This document shows positions 17,241-27,179 of a DNA stretch of 64,000 bases, one piece after another (the stretch's first letter is position 1; the number at the start of each line of letters is the position of its first letter). The notes below the pieces were generated by a model. It worked only from the letters and a program-made list of their open reading frames with translations, searched no databases and was not told the DNA's origin. The DNA is from a virus (Duplodnaviria; Caudoviricetes): IMG/VR virus record IMGVR_UViG_3300036802_000112, positions 110,194 through 174,193 of that record, one strand, 5' to 3'. Made by a program: the position numbers and the translations under genes.

Positions 17241-17846
17241 TTAGATTACTGTGCCAACAGGGAAAGGTTCCTCTGTCGCTTGATTGAAGTTAAAGCGCCA
17301 AATAATTTCAATTCCAGTTCCTTTATCAACTGTTAAACGAACTGTAGGGAAAGTAATTCGAGCAAACATCATAAGTTTGTTCGTTACATCTTCTTCGAAC
17401 ATCATTGCAGCTTCGTTTACATCGTCATTGATTTCGTCACAAATTAATGTTTCTCTGTACTCTAATTCAGTACGAGATAACTTTTTAGGCGTTGATAATA
17501 CTTTGTCTTTCAAAAAGATACCGATATCGATGTCACTATCTTGCACCGGGATAGCATCTAGTGGATCACCTTTAGGGAATTTTAATGCGCCACCTTGTCC
17601 ATAGCGGATATATTTAAGATGCATCTTTTTAGCACCACTTAAAATATCCAGTAAACCTTCTCGTCCTTGCATAACAATTAAATTGTTTTTCTTAAAATCA
17701 TCAAAGTATTGCTTCTCCCCGTCTACCATCTTAAACTGACGGATACATACCGAACCAACTGCTCGGAAACTTTCTTTTCGAGTTAGAACAGAACCTACTT
17801 TTTCTGTAGCTCCCATACCTACCACTTCATTTTCACTAAATTCCAT
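17241..17846 (-). CDS. Baseplate/tail-fibre-base structural protein
   Basis: KNNLIVMQGR...NEAAMM...MFARITFP...IIWRF pattern typical of myovirus baseplate-associated proteins. Confidence 0.6.
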   Translation of the reverse strand: MEFSENEVVGMGATEKVGSVLTRKESFRAVGSVCIRQFKMVDGEKQYFDDFKKNNLIVMQGREGLLDILSGAKKMHLKYIRYGQGGALKFPKGDPLDAIPVQDSDIDIGIFLKDKVLSTPKKLSRTELEYRETLICDEINDDVNEAAMMFEEDVTNKLMMFARITFPTVRLTVDKGTGIEIIWRFNFNQATEEPFPVGTVI

Positions 17847-17936
17847 TTTGGCACGCCCTTTCAAATGTTTTGTTTATCTATTTCCATGATACACTTTTCT
17901 CGATGCCTTTGCATTACAGACATCGAGAAAAGATTA

Positions 17937-19514
17937 TTAGAATAGCATTTCGAGTGTCTTCATACTATTAGCGATTCCGCCAACAGTTGCTCTCAACCTA
18001 ACTCCTATTATATCACTAGGAACGTCTTTTATAACGCCTTCTGAACGTTCTTTTATTGATACATTAGGTATTTTATCCAACAATACCTCTTCCTTTGTAC
18101 CAGATTTAATACCGTACACCTCAACATCAGTCGTACCATCATTACTAGATTCAAACGATACCTTGTAACCAACTTTAGGTACTACCTCTACCTCCGCCTT
18201 TCTAGGGATGCGCGGAAAGGCGTGTTCAATGATTGTAACTGTCTCCGCAGGCTTATCGATTTCCTGGTCAAACTTTAATCCTGAATCAAACGCAAACCCT
18301 CTATCAGCATGAATGAATCGGTTTTTATCATAGAAAAAGTTCTTTGAATAATGGCCGCTTGTATCATACTTATCTAGTAAGGAACTACCCATCCACAAAT
18401 GCTCTGCCATTCCTATAGAAACCTTACTAACTTTAGCTGCATCCAAATGACGAAGTGTTTCTTCCACTGTTTTAATTTGTGTTCGTTGTACACTACTTCC
18501 AATTGCAATAGGTTCCATTAACGCTTTTACAAACGTAGCTTTTCTTGTATCTTCAAATTTACCTTTCTCTAAAACGGGTAAATGAATAATCTTCCCCGCC
18601 TTAAACGTAACAGGTATTGGATCAGTGCGGACGATATCGAAGAATACTGAGTAATCTGTGCCAGCTTGTTTCGTCTCATCTAATAAGAACAGCAGCATGT
18701 TTAGTCGCATCTTATCTTTGATTAAGACTTCTGGAAGTGTAGCGATAAACTTAGAAGGGGAAATCCATAAGTTATCGTAGTATTTCTTTTTCGCAGGAGA
18801 TAACGATTTAGAATACATATCCTGAATAACGAATGTTTCCCAACCGATAGCTTTACTAATACCTTCAGAGATTTCTTTGATGGTTAAATTACTCATAAGG
18901 GCATAATCTAATCCTTCTAAGTAGTCTCGGTATTTATACTTCGGAACTAAGCTACCTACTTCTACTTCGTATTCGGTGCCCCAGTTCTTCTCTAGAAGAC
19001 GTTCATCTATTTTGATTTGTAGAGCATGTAAATGAGTACGAACACGCTCATGCTGCATAATAAACTCAGGCATTAAATACAATTTATTGTCCCGAACAAA
19101 GTAGTGCTCATATAACTTTAGCGGTTCCTTTGCTATAAACGTAGTTTTCAATACCATCGAAACAACTTTCGCTTTTCTTAGATTTTCATCATGGAATTCG
19201 AACGTTGTGTATTTACCTCTTCGATCTAACGTATTTAACACTTCTTCAAATTCTAACTCACGAAGCAAGAAAGCCTCGTGAGTTGAATAGATGCAGTCAG
19301 CGATTTCGACTTTTGCATAAGGCATTGTGTACAAAGTGTGCGCAGTAGGGACAGAAGTATTAGCCATAACGTAACGATATTCGTATTCCACATATTCTAA
19401 TATCTTTTTGTAAATTTCCAACATCCCGCCTAACGACGGATCGTCAGGCATGTACGTTTTATAGAATGAACTCATTTGCCACAATGCATCATCTGTATCG
19501 TACGGCTTTTTCAT
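17937..19514 (-). CDS. Putative baseplate wedge protein
   Basis: Immediately downstream of the baseplate J-like gene; called by synteny. Confidence 0.5.
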   Translation of the reverse strand: MKKPYDTDDALWQMSSFYKTYMPDDPSLGGMLEIYKKILEYVEYEYRYVMANTSVPTAHTLYTMPYAKVEIADCIYSTHEAFLLRELEFEEVLNTLDRRGKYTTFEFHDENLRKAKVVSMVLKTTFIAKEPLKLYEHYFVRDNKLYLMPEFIMQHERVRTHLHALQIKIDERLLEKNWGTEYEVEVGSLVPKYKYRDYLEGLDYALMSNLTIKEISEGISKAIGWETFVIQDMYSKSLSPAKKKYYDNLWISPSKFIATLPEVLIKDKMRLNMLLFLLDETKQAGTDYSVFFDIVRTDPIPVTFKAGKIIHLPVLEKGKFEDTRKATFVKALMEPIAIGSSVQRTQIKTVEETLRHLDAAKVSKVSIGMAEHLWMGSSLLDKYDTSGHYSKNFFYDKNRFIHADRGFAFDSGLKFDQEIDKPAETVTIIEHAFPRIPRKAEVEVVPKVGYKVSFESSNDGTTDVEVYGIKSGTKEEVLLDKIPNVSIKERSEGVIKDVPSDIIGVRLRATVGGIANSMKTLEMLF

Positions 19515-19530
19515 ACTACTTCACCCCATT

Positions 19531-21609
19531 CTATAATTTTAAATCTATCTCTTTGTTATTGTCGGTAAATTTTCGTAAGAATTCAATTAAGAATCCTATT
19601 AAAACATCTTCCGTTTTTAAAGTTGCAACGTATGTGATAGCAGCAACGAAGATAGTATAATCTAACCATCGACCACCTTTGAAATCCAAGTCAATATTTG
19701 TGATTACATTCCCTTCTTCGTCACGTTCACGAGGTCCATTCACAATATTTTGTGCCGTCCAAAACATTTCCTTCATTTCGTCCATGCTGTATTGTTTGTA
19801 CTCGTAAACATTCATGTTAGCAAGTTCGAAATACTCGTTCTCTTGTATATAAGTGATAGCAGGAGAAAGCATTTCTGGAATTAAACCGTTATTAATTAAT
19901 CTTCTTGCCTTTCGTACATAGTCTACCGGAACACTCTCATCTGTAATATCCTCTGCGTCTTTCTTTAATAGAGTTAAGATATCTTCGATGTTATGACCGT
20001 AAGTAAAGGTATGCATAATATCGAAGTAATCATTAACCGTTACTTTATCTTTGTATCTGTCAACAATTTCTCGAAGTGGTTGACTTAATGAACATACAAA
20101 TTGAATAACAGATCTTCGTTTTTCATCTAAAGAATGGTAAAGGAAACGATTGTCGTTCTCCAGTAATAGAAATTGCGGCGGAAGGTGAATGTAATCTATG
20201 ATTTGTTCAGTATCATCTACACCGATATTAAATGTATCAACGAATGGACTTAGTACATCACTGTACTGCATTTCTTCACCCATACGTAACTGTTTAACTG
20301 CATCGTATCCTTGTCTGAACATCAAGTTTTTATCTTTATCTCGAACGCCTGCTCCTGTTTTTAACTTAACAACCATACCGAAATGTAAAAACTTTTTATT
20401 CGCTTCTTTTATTTTAACATCAGTCGCAGGTGGTCTTTCTTCGTATTGATTCATGTGCGAATCAATTCTTTCGATGAGAGAGTTCTTTCTATAACGAACT
20501 GTAACTAATGAACCATTTTGTAAATCCTCATGTTCCATAACAACATAAGCTTTTTCCTTTAAAGTTCCCATCGTTTCGAAATTCTCATCCTTCTCTAAGT
20601 GGAACTCTTGAATAAATAATTTACTTTGGTTTACATCAGGGTCATCATTAGAACCAAACGGATCATACAACTTTACGCTGATAATATCTGACACTGGTTT
20701 TTCTGTTAACACAGCTTCAAAGTGATTACGTTTCGCATTAAATTTAACCTCTAAATTCTCTTCGAATTCCTCAAGGTCTTTACCGCGAACATAAAGGTCA
20801 ACCTTTTGCCCCCAATGTACATCTCGCACCGTTTGGATAAACGGGCCATCAGGTTTATATTGACCGATAATATCTCGTTTCATAAGCGGGTGACCGTACC
20901 CAACAACTCGAACATCTTCTACATTATCGAAGCTTCTAATGTATTTTTCGTAACCTCTCGTATTACCTAAGTTCGGTGCAGCTATACTTTCTTTTACACG
21001 TTGCGCTAACTCAGCATTCGTCTCTTTGTTTTTACCACCTAAGAACCTAGTTTCGTTTCTCACTTCATCTAAGAACGGCAAATCAGTTCCGCTCGATGTA
21101 ATGTCCCCTTCTTCTACATTATAATCTGTACCTGTAGCTTCCGCTTCTGCCTCTACAACGATTTTATATCTAAAGGTTTCACTATCATACATATCGACCA
21201 ATTGGTCTTCTGTAAACACTCTCGTCACTGTCGTAACGTATGTTAACCCTTGCTTAGAACGTATTTCTGTTCTTTCAGGTATCGTTACAACACCGCTTTT
21301 AGGGATATCATTGAAGTAGAAGGCAATATAACCTTTCGCCTTCTCGCCGAGGTTACGGTATACATTCTTTCTAGCAGAAACCTCATCCATTTCTTCTTCA
21401 GACATTAATTCTGCATTGTCGATACTTTGCATCAATTTAATTCTGTCCGCATAATCAATGAGGGGTAACATCATTTTAATGTGCGGCATACCGAACATTT
21501 CCATAAAAGCTCCATTATCCCGAACATCAACGTTCGGGTAGGAAGCCTTCACTAATTCTTTAATGTAATCTTGCATCATCTTTTCTTTGTTAGATAAATG
21601 ATTAACCAT
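19531..21609 (-). CDS. Baseplate J-like (gpJ/gp47) wedge protein
   Basis: AEATGTDYNV, GGKNKETNAELAQRVK, VEDVRVVG, KVDLYV motifs. Confidence 0.85.
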   Translation of the reverse strand: MVNHLSNKEKMMQDYIKELVKASYPNVDVRDNGAFMEMFGMPHIKMMLPLIDYADRIKLMQSIDNAELMSEEEMDEVSARKNVYRNLGEKAKGYIAFYFNDIPKSGVVTIPERTEIRSKQGLTYVTTVTRVFTEDQLVDMYDSETFRYKIVVEAEAEATGTDYNVEEGDITSSGTDLPFLDEVRNETRFLGGKNKETNAELAQRVKESIAAPNLGNTRGYEKYIRSFDNVEDVRVVGYGHPLMKRDIIGQYKPDGPFIQTVRDVHWGQKVDLYVRGKDLEEFEENLEVKFNAKRNHFEAVLTEKPVSDIISVKLYDPFGSNDDPDVNQSKLFIQEFHLEKDENFETMGTLKEKAYVVMEHEDLQNGSLVTVRYRKNSLIERIDSHMNQYEERPPATDVKIKEANKKFLHFGMVVKLKTGAGVRDKDKNLMFRQGYDAVKQLRMGEEMQYSDVLSPFVDTFNIGVDDTEQIIDYIHLPPQFLLLENDNRFLYHSLDEKRRSVIQFVCSLSQPLREIVDRYKDKVTVNDYFDIMHTFTYGHNIEDILTLLKKDAEDITDESVPVDYVRKARRLINNGLIPEMLSPAITYIQENEYFELANMNVYEYKQYSMDEMKEMFWTAQNIVNGPRERDEEGNVITNIDLDFKGGRWLDYTIFVAAITYVATLKTEDVLIGFLIEFLRKFTDNNKEIDLKL

Positions 21610-21623
21610 CTTATTCCCTCCTT

Positions 21624-22493
21624 TTAAAATCCTAATCTAAAGTTCCCACTCGTAGCCATAGTGGTAATCAACAACTCAATTACAACGATACGAGGGTTAG
21701 TTGGCGGTTTGTACACTTTCTTCACCCGAAGAGATACAAATGTTTCTTCGTCAGATAATCCATCTCGATAATCTACTTGTTCTTCAAGGTATTTATCTTC
21801 TACCTCTGAAACAATTAGTCTTATATTATCGAATAGATCATCGTCATGTTTCGAGTTATGCATGATTGTAGCATGGAGTGTCGTACCATATTCTTCTTCC
21901 AACTGACTAGAACCTAACTTAGTTAACAGGTCTTTTACAACCTTCTGTAATACTAAGTGTACACCTTCTGCGTTCGCATATCTTCCTTCTTCGTCGAATA
22001 AATCTATAAACCATCCTCTTCCTAAACATCTCCGGCATTCGTCTGGTTTATCAAATTCTTGATTACCCGTTGGATAGAATACACGAATCTTTGCATAATA
22101 CTTCGTAGGAGGCTTTACATTCCATTTGATTCTGTTGTGTAAGAATCGTTCGTAAAATTTTTTCGGTAAAGGATTAGACATCGCCGCCCCTTCTTGAAAA
22201 TACTTACGATAGTCAACTAAGAACTCATCGTCACCGTCATAAAAACCATCTGTTGGATCAGGGTCATCGTACGTTTGTCTTTCAGAAGTCATATCATATT
22301 CGAACTCTTCGTAGTCGTCGATTCTTTCAAATTCGATAGCTCTGACTTCTAAAATTTCCAGCACTTTCGCCTTATCGATAAGGATATCTCTTTGCGTACC
22401 GTTGTTTATAATGGTAACCTCTTTCACCATACCGTCCCTATCATCCTGCTTCTTTACATGCGTACAAAAGTGCATGTGTTTTGGTACGTTCAT
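21624..22493 (-). CDS. Baseplate protein with gp25/W-like C-terminal domain
   Basis: CRRCLGRGW then LQKVVKDLLTKLGS...YGTTL; upstream of J. Confidence 0.6.
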   Translation of the reverse strand: MNVPKHMHFCTHVKKQDDRDGMVKEVTIINNGTQRDILIDKAKVLEILEVRAIEFERIDDYEEFEYDMTSERQTYDDPDPTDGFYDGDDEFLVDYRKYFQEGAAMSNPLPKKFYERFLHNRIKWNVKPPTKYYAKIRVFYPTGNQEFDKPDECRRCLGRGWFIDLFDEEGRYANAEGVHLVLQKVVKDLLTKLGSSQLEEEYGTTLHATIMHNSKHDDDLFDNIRLIVSEVEDKYLEEQVDYRDGLSDEETFVSLRVKKVYKPPTNPRIVVIELLITTMATSGNFRLGF

Positions 22494-23045
22494 TTACTTC
22501 ACCGCCTGTCTTGTGTATTGTCCGTAAATCTTTTCCATTTGCTCTTGCGTCAATGTTTCTAGATTTATTCTGTTCTCGGCAATGAAGTTGTATATCTTTT
22601 CGCATTCATCAAGGCCAAGTATCTCATTGTCTATTTTATCAATTTCTCTAATGACAGACATTAAATTCTTAGCAGAACGAGTCAATTTTAATTTATTTTC
22701 TTGTATAGACTTCTCAAGCATACTGATTTTTTGATTACATTCTGTGATCCTAGCTATTGTAATCTTCTTAGATTGCGTATAAATACTACTACGTTGCTGT
22801 TCCATAATTACCTTTTGTAACTTAGGAATATCAACCGACATAATAGTTTGTATCTTCTCTTCGTATTTATCGTTCGCTAGATGTACATTTGTATATACAC
22901 TGTCTAATTCAGTACGATAACGTTGTTGTTCTGTTTTTAATTCCTTACGCTGCTCTTTCAATGTATCTCTACTCGTTAATAAATCAGAAAATGTATACCT
23001 TTGAAGAATGGTGATAGCATCGTAAAACAAAGGTTTAGAAATCAT
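22494..23045 (-). CDS. Coiled-coil hypothetical structural protein
   Basis: Heptad-rich 183-aa ORF within the baseplate operon. Confidence 0.55.
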   Translation of the reverse strand: MISKPLFYDAITILQRYTFSDLLTSRDTLKEQRKELKTEQQRYRTELDSVYTNVHLANDKYEEKIQTIMSVDIPKLQKVIMEQQRSSIYTQSKKITIARITECNQKISMLEKSIQENKLKLTRSAKNLMSVIREIDKIDNEILGLDECEKIYNFIAENRINLETLTQEQMEKIYGQYTRQAVK

Positions 23046-24049
23046 TTCGCATCACCTTTCTTCAATCGATTCACTTGCTCTGTTAATTCATTTACGCTTT
23101 CTATTAAATTACTAAAAGAAAGGTTCTTTCCATCAATCTTAACTACTACATCATCTTCACCTATCATAAACGATACCTTTTCCCCGATTTCATACTTTAG
23201 CGTACCGTTTTTTGATACCGTTAATTTCGTCGTTTTATCAGCGTGATTAAACGTTGTTTTTAACAACAACTCACTACCGTCATCATCAGACTTTTCTTTG
23301 TTATCCTCATCATCAAATACATTTAGTGCTTGAATCTTTAACTCATCTGTACCTTCCTCTATATTTATCCCTGTTGAGTTATTGGATAATACAGCTTGAG
23401 CAAACTCTTTGTCAGTAAGTTCCGTAACAATTTGAGGAACTTTTGTTTTCGCTTCTAATACGTATGCTTGATCATTTGTTTTTGTTCCATCTTTTTTTAC
23501 ATATTCCCCTAGTGCGCTTTTCAAACCACCGACTTGCAAGGTAGTTTTATCCACATGCACATTAAAAGAACCATCAGATTCAGAAAGGGTTAGTCGATGT
23601 AACTTTTGTGTTCCTATCTCAATTTCTCCCATGTTCTTAACGAATACATACGAACCACCTAAAGAGCGCAACATGATTTCTCCTAGTTGTATGTTCGATA
23701 AATCTAACGTGCTATCAAACTTAGATGGCGAAGCATTCTGTTTCATCGAACCATTTTCGACTGTTACATCTGGAAGAATATATTGAGCAGGTAAAACGTA
23801 AGGCACTCTATCCGCCCCCCAAAACGCTAATGCTGTAACATTTCGTGGTGGTGGTGCGATAATACCTGAGTTTAAAAACAAAGCAGGGAAGAGTATAATA
23901 ACATCTTCCCTCTTCTGCTTAGAATTAATGAATTGGACAGTTCCGACCATTCTTTGCATATCAAAATCCAAAATTTTACAAGGTTCGAAAATAGAATCTT
24001 TATTTGCGTTGATGATACCATTTAATCTACTGTAGTACTCGTTCTCCAC
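23042..24049 (-). CDS. Putative baseplate central spike (gpV/gp5-like)
   Basis: OB-like N-terminus, LGEIMLRSLGGSYVFVKNMGEIEI beta-repeat; follows the hub genes. Confidence 0.55.
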   Translation of the reverse strand: MENEYYSRLNGIINANKDSIFEPCKILDFDMQRMVGTVQFINSKQKREDVIILFPALFLNSGIIAPPPRNVTALAFWGADRVPYVLPAQYILPDVTVENGSMKQNASPSKFDSTLDLSNIQLGEIMLRSLGGSYVFVKNMGEIEIGTQKLHRLTLSESDGSFNVHVDKTTLQVGGLKSALGEYVKKDGTKTNDQAYVLEAKTKVPQIVTELTDKEFAQAVLSNNSTGINIEEGTDELKIQALNVFDDEDNKEKSDDDGSELLLKTTFNHADKTTKLTVSKNGTLKYEIGEKVSFMIGEDDVVVKIDGKNLSFSNLIESVNELTEQVNRLKKGDAK

Positions 24050-24065
24050 GATTCCATCTCCTTTC

Positions 24066-27000
24066 TTAATATCTTTGCATTAATAAGAACTTAGCGTAAT
24101 CTTCTAACGATTCTTCTAAAGCCTTTTCTAAATTCTTCACACGTTTTGCGATAACTTCGGGACCACCTTTTACATGGCGATTAATGATTGCCTCGATTTC
24201 TGTTATCGTTAAATCCTTATTCCACACCGTACCAAAATTCTCATTAGGTGTTTTGTCGTTTTTGTATAAGTCACGTAATGTTTCGCATTCAGAAGCGTTA
24301 ATTACTACTCCTTCTACTTCGTGCATTTTCTTCAACTTATCTCTGATTCCATTCATGCCAGCACGATCCACAACTTCTCCAAAGTCAGAAGCCTTTACAT
24401 TCGTTTGGCCTAGCAATACAGAATCCTCAATATCATTATAACTTTCTGGAGAGCGTAAGTAACCACCTGAAATTTGTGTTCTTGCACCTTTATTGTACTC
24501 TCCTTCATGAGAAACACCAGTTACGTAGAATACAATGTTTTCTCTAGTTGGTTCGAGCCATGCGTTGAATCCTGGTCTAATCATAGGATTCATCGTTGTC
24601 AGGTTTACATTGATGGTATGTGCATTCGCTCTACTTAGATGCATAATGTACTTAGCGTATCTTTCTAACATCGTATCGATACTCATTTGACCCTCTGTTA
24701 CACTTTTTAAGTCATTACGTATCAATATTTGTTCTTCTACTCTTAAATTCATTTTGTATCTCTTTTCATCATCACTCAGCATCGGTTCATAGTTAGATGT
24801 GAACTCAGGAAGTTCTGTCGGATACCCTTGGACTAATTGATTACCATCCATCGAAGCACCACCGCCACCTGCGTCACCACCACCAGCTCCAGGAACAGTT
24901 CCGGTTGCATTGTCACCAATCGCTTGAACATCTTTACCTTGACTTCCTCTACCGCTACCACGCTGTACAATACGCATTCTAACTGTACGTTTCCCCCAAC
25001 TATCAGCTGTCTTTCCATCTGGTTGCAAAAGGTCAATATGTTTTACCTTAATTGCTCCACCTGTATCGAGAGCTACTGCTAAAAATTTAGCTGGAGCAGC
25101 TGGATGCACATCACCTACTTGTTCGATTTCTACAACTGAATAGTATGGAATATATCTTGGATCTACAGCGATAATTCTATGACCTTTATAAAGAGTAACC
25201 CCTCTAATAGAGAAACCAACGGCAGTACTGAATCCACCTTCCATCGCATTATCCGCAGCATAGTAAGATGTACATAAAATATTATCCGCCCATCCACCAC
25301 TATCCATAGCCGCTTTCAGTGAAGCACCATCATTTACTTGAGCGCTTGTAGGTGGCCCGAAAGTTTGTGCAGCAACTCTAACTTGCGGTGCTGACATAGC
25401 TTTTGGTGCTGGTAACAGTGGAGGAATCTTTATCGGATTCTTATCCAGATTACTTGTAATAGGTTTTGGACCGAACTTTTCCATAAGGGGTTGCGAAGGA
25501 GTTTCTGTTTTCCCTGGCTTACCTATACAAGCGTTGTATTCAGTGACTACATCTTTCAATAGCATCGCATAACTCTTTCCGATTTTACCTAAAGCATCAC
25601 CTGGATCTACACGTCGAGCAGGGTCTAAAATTTGGTGAGATGTTATCGAGTTAGCAGGATTCAATTTAAAGTGATAACAAAGGTAAGCTAGTATCCACAC
25701 ATATCTTTTGTACGCTTCTTCATTATTACCTGTTCCTTTTACCGAGTAACAAAACTCTACACCTATCGCATTACTGTTAGGTTGTACTCCATATAGTTCC
25801 ACCGCTTTCGGACTATCCCTAACATGGTTAGCCGCTTCGGTTGGTCCTGTAACAGCAGGGATGCATTCTAATATATTCTGCCAATCAACAAATATATGAG
25901 CAGAAGCGAAGTCTTCGTTACGACTTCTTTCATAAAAACCTACGTTAGCGTTAGCGAAAGATTCCGGAGAACCTACGTCATGTGCTACGATAAATTTAAC
26001 TTGTCCTAGTTTGTTGCCTGATCTACGTTTACTAGGAGCAGTTAAATACTTAGTGGATATTTGATATTTCATATTAAAATTAACACCAGATGGAGGTGTC
26101 CAATTGCTATTATCGACAGCACCACCTCCGCCTTCAGCAGAGCCACTTCCACCTCCACCAACCATTTGTTTTCCATAAACTTTCGCTTCAATGAATTGAG
26201 ATACGTATTTCCCCTTCTCAGGCGTACCTACGTATAATCCCATTGGAACTGAAGCTGCCAATTGTGAACCTACAGTTGCTTGATCTCGAAGTTCTCCGAT
26301 AATCATTTCATTCGTGCCACCCTTTACGAGCACACGAGTCGGTTCAGCTTCCCAATTGTTATAATAAGATGCGTTTTCTACAATTGACTCATCTAGTATA
26401 TGACTCTTTAAGATGTCATCCTTCCAAGAAGGAGTTTTTATTTTGAATGTGCCATCTCTATCTTGGTAGAATTCAAATGACAGTTGAGATAACAGTTCGT
26501 TTAAATACGAATAAAACGTATCTATTTTAACTGCCCTAGAGAACGTAACCGCATCGAAATACCCCGATTCCCTAAATACCTTATCAACATCAGCCATAAC
26601 CTTAAATCTGTTCTTTAATCCGGTAAATGAGAAGTTTGTATCTTCTTTTCCGATGTCATAGTACGCTTTGTGTATTTGGTCAAATAAATGAAGAATAAGT
26701 TCTTCAATACTTTTATCTTTCAGCAATGTATCCTTTTGCGTTTGGAATAATTGAAAGGCTTCTGTAGAGTTAATGTTTTGCGCTTCGTATTCGAACCGTT
26801 GTGAGTTAACATACTCGTCTCCTGGTTTTAAATTAAGCGGTACCGCGATATCTAACCAATGATAAAATCCTTTTACATTGAAAGTTAAAAGCCCTAAATA
26901 CCCTCGGCTTTCATTCCACGACTTATTCAGAATTTCTCCTTCAAAAATCATCCCGAATTTACCCGAGAATGGATTTTTACCAAAGATACGAACCTGCGTT

Positions 27001-27164
27001 AAATATAATTTCAACTTATCTAAAGCAGGTGTCTTTAACATTGTGACGGTACCAGTCGCACCATCAGCGAACAAACCAAGATTCGTTTTCCAATTGATAA
27101 CGTACGGATCAACCCGTACGTTATCAAAATAAATCAGATAGTCTGCTTGTTCTATTAAATTCAT
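24066..27164 (-). CDS. Baseplate hub / tail lysin paralogue B with Amidase_2 and 3D domains
   Basis: FIVAHDVG...SAHIFVD...AIGVEFC...ITSHQILDPARRVDPG amidase; IIAVDPRYIP...ALDTGGAIKVKHIDL 3D domain. Confidence 0.85.
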   Translation of the reverse strand: MNLIEQADYLIYFDNVRVDPYVINWKTNLGLFADGATGTVTMLKTPALDKLKLYLTQVRIFGKNPFSGKFGMIFEGEILNKSWNESRGYLGLLTFNVKGFYHWLDIAVPLNLKPGDEYVNSQRFEYEAQNINSTEAFQLFQTQKDTLLKDKSIEELILHLFDQIHKAYYDIGKEDTNFSFTGLKNRFKVMADVDKVFRESGYFDAVTFSRAVKIDTFYSYLNELLSQLSFEFYQDRDGTFKIKTPSWKDDILKSHILDESIVENASYYNNWEAEPTRVLVKGGTNEMIIGELRDQATVGSQLAASVPMGLYVGTPEKGKYVSQFIEAKVYGKQMVGGGGSGSAEGGGGAVDNSNWTPPSGVNFNMKYQISTKYLTAPSKRRSGNKLGQVKFIVAHDVGSPESFANANVGFYERSRNEDFASAHIFVDWQNILECIPAVTGPTEAANHVRDSPKAVELYGVQPNSNAIGVEFCYSVKGTGNNEEAYKRYVWILAYLCYHFKLNPANSITSHQILDPARRVDPGDALGKIGKSYAMLLKDVVTEYNACIGKPGKTETPSQPLMEKFGPKPITSNLDKNPIKIPPLLPAPKAMSAPQVRVAAQTFGPPTSAQVNDGASLKAAMDSGGWADNILCTSYYAADNAMEGGFSTAVGFSIRGVTLYKGHRIIAVDPRYIPYYSVVEIEQVGDVHPAAPAKFLAVALDTGGAIKVKHIDLLQPDGKTADSWGKRTVRMRIVQRGSGRGSQGKDVQAIGDNATGTVPGAGGGDAGGGGASMDGNQLVQGYPTELPEFTSNYEPMLSDDEKRYKMNLRVEEQILIRNDLKSVTEGQMSIDTMLERYAKYIMHLSRANAHTINVNLTTMNPMIRPGFNAWLEPTRENIVFYVTGVSHEGEYNKGARTQISGGYLRSPESYNDIEDSVLLGQTNVKASDFGEVVDRAGMNGIRDKLKKMHEVEGVVINASECETLRDLYKNDKTPNENFGTVWNKDLTITEIEAIINRHVKGGPEVIAKRVKNLEKALEESLEDYAKFLLMQRY

Positions 27165-27179
27165 ACAAACACCACCATT

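Noticed and set aside
17894-17932. Inverted repeat CTTTTCTCGATG...CATCGAGAAAAG as a terminator
   Set aside because: No T-tract follows the stem on either strand; function cannot be assigned.
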